This document shows, piece after piece, positions 61,155-64,000 of a stretch of 64,000 bases of DNA. Made by a program: the position numbers and the translations under genes. This DNA is from the human T2T-CHM13v2.0 reference genome, Homo sapiens. Within the stretch, counting starts at the first letter, position 1, and the number at the start of each line of letters is the position of its first letter. The notes below the pieces were generated by a model, which saw only the letters and a list, made by a program, of their open reading frames with translations, did no database searches and had not been told where the DNA came from. Location of the stretch: the NCBI RefSeq assembly GCF_009914755.1, contig NC_060930.1; one strand, 5' to 3'.

Positions 61155-62982
61155 AAAACTTAACATTCTGATGATATCTTTATTACCTATTATTTATTAA
61201 TTTTGTGTGCTGTTTGACTTTTTTGGCATGCAAAATGACTTTAAAGTACTCTCTTATAGGTTCATTCATGTCCACGGTTTCCATATTCCTTTTCCTATGT
61301 GATCTTAAAATCCTCAACAATGAATTCCTCTACCACAAGGAGAATTAGGTCAAATCTTCACATTTGGATAAGAATATTGTATTATTCTTATCTCTGCTTG
61401 TCATTGTTCATTTTTTCTATGTTTGCTGTGTTGATTAGTGTATGTGTTTTGGCAATTGAGGACTGGTCTCTGATATTCTGATTGGAGAAATAAGTGAATT
61501 TGGAGAATGGACCACCTGGGAGGCCAGACTGAGTGAAGGACCTGGGAAGGGCATGTGGTGTGACAGAGGGCACCTGGGGCTGCGGAGTTAAGGATGCAGG
61601 GGAATCAATGCCATAACTGCTTTAATAGCAGAAGAAGATTGTCCTTGCCACCCTGTGCTTCTCCTCTTCCTTTCTTGTTTTCCTCTTTCATGAGATGGAA
61701 AATACTGTGTCCCTACAATGAGAAAGATGCCTTGAGATGCAGGAGTCCCTTCCTTCTGTGCTCCATTATCTTACCTTAGAGAGCCTGAAGTGGTTTGCTA
61801 AGTGCTAGCTTCTCTGTCTGGAGGAAAGAGCTCCTGACAGAAGAGGGACCCAACCTCTTCTGCTGCTTTCTGGACTTAGATCATTTGCCTGGTTTCTCGG
61901 GCCGGGACTCATAGCACACTGACAAATGGGAATATGTGCAAAGGGTCTGGAAGCCATCCCAGTTTGTCAACGTTCCCCTTGAAACCCATGGAGTATAATT
62001 CTTCAGAGACATTAAGGAATTATTTTTATATGAATCATAAAAACCTTTTACAATTTTCTATATGATAACATATATCTCTTTCTTGCTATCCATCTTTCTA
62101 TCTTCCTGTCTCTGGGCAATTTGCCTTTAAGAGGTTAAAACCTTGTACAAGATCATTCTAGAACCCTAGTCCCACATGGACGGCTTACCAACATGGAGTT
62201 ATATGTTACAGAATTTAGCTGTGGTCTCAGTTGTCTGAATTTTAATATCTTCCCTATTATATGCTTTAAGGGATACTGCCCCAAACTAGCTTTTCCCCTT
62301 CCCTTACTACTCATATTTAGGACTGCTGTTTGATCCTCAGCCTTTCCATTTGGGGTTTTGAATTCTAATTCACTGTATAAGGCTAGTCCTTAGCGCTTCT
62401 GAGATTGTGACTCTGATACTTCAAGACTTCCATCACAGGAAGTTTTCCTGGTGCTACTTTACAAAGAGAGGCATAAGGAGTGGGTTTTTCTTGTGTGTTG
62501 GTTAGCCATGACAAGAGCAAGATGCTATCCTATGGATGCTGGAAAGTAGAGATACCTTTTTCTAAGAAATCTGGCAGTGAACAGGAAGCAAGAGATCAGA
62601 ATGTGGGTTAAAGCACTGGCAGGAAGGTGGGGTTTGTGTTTGTCTACACACAGAGGTGAGAGTTTGGGCAGCCACGTGGACTGAGGAGAAGTTGTCAGTG
62701 GTGAAGGACAGAGTAAGATGAGGATTCACAATTAGCACTTTTCCAAAAAATACCCAGCTTTCAAGTCAGTCTGCCTTTAATAATGATGAAGTAGAGCATT
62801 CCCAGTCATTTTGCTCATGGCTTTGCTTCACAGGGGCCCTTCCTTTACACCCCAGTTCTCCCAAAAAGTGCCATGGGGAATTCTTGGCTTTTTGTGGACA
62901 TTACAGAAGTGGAAACTACCTGGAGGCTTGTAAGTGGTACCCCATAGGCAGTTTTGTTATGCCTATCCTGTCTTCTTCCTGC

Positions 62983-63652
62983 TGTTGGGGCTCGGAATAA
63001 GATACCCCAAAGTACGGCACATTGGTGTGCTGAGTACTTTGAACTAGACATGGGAACATAGGAAAGGCCGCTGGCTGCCTGACAAAAAAAAAAAAAACTG
63101 TGTGTGCATGCTTTTCAGCTGGCTGTAGGATATCAGCCAGAAACAAGGTCTTTCTGACCCTCTCGCATTTTCCCCTGAAGCAAGTCATGGAAAACAGAAT
63201 TCCTTTCCCCAAGGTGGGTCTCAGAAACCAGAACCACTCCGCCCCAAAGCAAATCATAAAACCTAAAAAGGTCACTCTCTCCCTTTTCCCTTGAAAACCT
63301 TATTTCATGGGAGTCCTGCCCTCTGCCCAGGAGGAAGAAATGCCACACAGTGAGGCCCAAAAAATCTGGACAGGCCTTGCTGGGTTTCTGTTTCAGTTTA
63401 TTACTATTGACTCATACCCTTTTGTTCAATCACATTTCTACACGCCCATCCTTTCTTCATCAAACCTAAGCATAAAATCAGACATTTTTCCCTGAGTCTT
63501 TAGATCTTCATTTTGAAAGCCTCCCATGTCACATCAAACTTTGATTAACTAAATTTGTTATGCTTTTCTCTTGTCACTCTGTCTCCTGTGATAGGAGTGT
63601 TAGCTGTGACCCTGATGAGTGAGGAAAGGCATCACACCTTTCTGTCTCCACA
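62983..63652 (+). mobile_element. MER39-like ERV1 solo LTR (670 bp)
   Basis: TGTTGGGGCTC...gataccccaaa start, taaatttgttatgcttttctc near the end, CA terminus; perfect 4-bp TSD ctgc (62979-82 / 63653-56). Confidence 0.8.
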
Positions 63653-64000
63653 CTGCGTTGCTAGAAGTTCAGCAGCAGCAGTAGGAGGAAGATCTCCAGT
63701 TTGCCTTTTGATGCAATGACAATTCTTTATTAAGGTGATAAAGTAAAACTGTTCCTATCAAAGCTGTGATTCAATCAAGCAGCTTTATGCAAACAGGTGC
63801 TGAGACCTGCAGCACAAGAGCACCAAGGGTGCCACGAGACTGTAGCACCAGCCACCACCACAATAGCTGCATTGTCTGCTGGTCAGTGAGTCAGATGAAA
63901 CCACAACTGTAGCTGGCACTCAACACGAAACAATCCATTTTTCACAATATTTGAGTTTCTGCCTGCTTTCTTCTTCTCTTTCTTCCCCATATGCCTTTTA

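Overview
Primate, almost certainly human, genomic DNA: AT-rich, Alu/L1/L2/MIR/LTR-rich, with spliced genes. It holds two convergent genes. (1) TBPL1 (TRF2/TLF, TBP-like factor, + strand): the complete 186-aa CDS in six coding exons (8137-15049), with an AATAAA at 15481. Its first non-coding exon and promoter lie left of the window. (2) SLC2A12 (GLUT12, class III facilitative hexose transporter, - strand): exons 2-5 (57714 to stop 19162) plus a long 3' UTR running towards the TBPL1 3' end. Exon 1 lies right of the window. All splice junctions were read from the sequence and their phases join into continuous ORFs. There is no prokaryotic system, CRISPR array or RNA gene. The most interesting non-obvious signals are: (a) an LTR-derived cryptic exon in SLC2A12 intron 2, in frame with exon 2, whose polypyrimidine tract appears to come from a poly(A)-only insertion with a target-site duplication; (b) in both genes, inverted Alus bracket exon blocks that would circularise into stop-free ORFs (TBPL1 exons 2-6, 525 nt; SLC2A12 exon 2, 1341 nt); (c) a cluster of locally templated insertions at 58.5-62.4 kb, plus one at 39.6 kb; (d) head-on poly(A) signals only 33 nt apart; (e) a start-stop uORF and a recursive-splice-like exon in TBPL1. 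Repeat subfamily names are from memory, and repeat boundaries are approximate unless TSDs are quoted.
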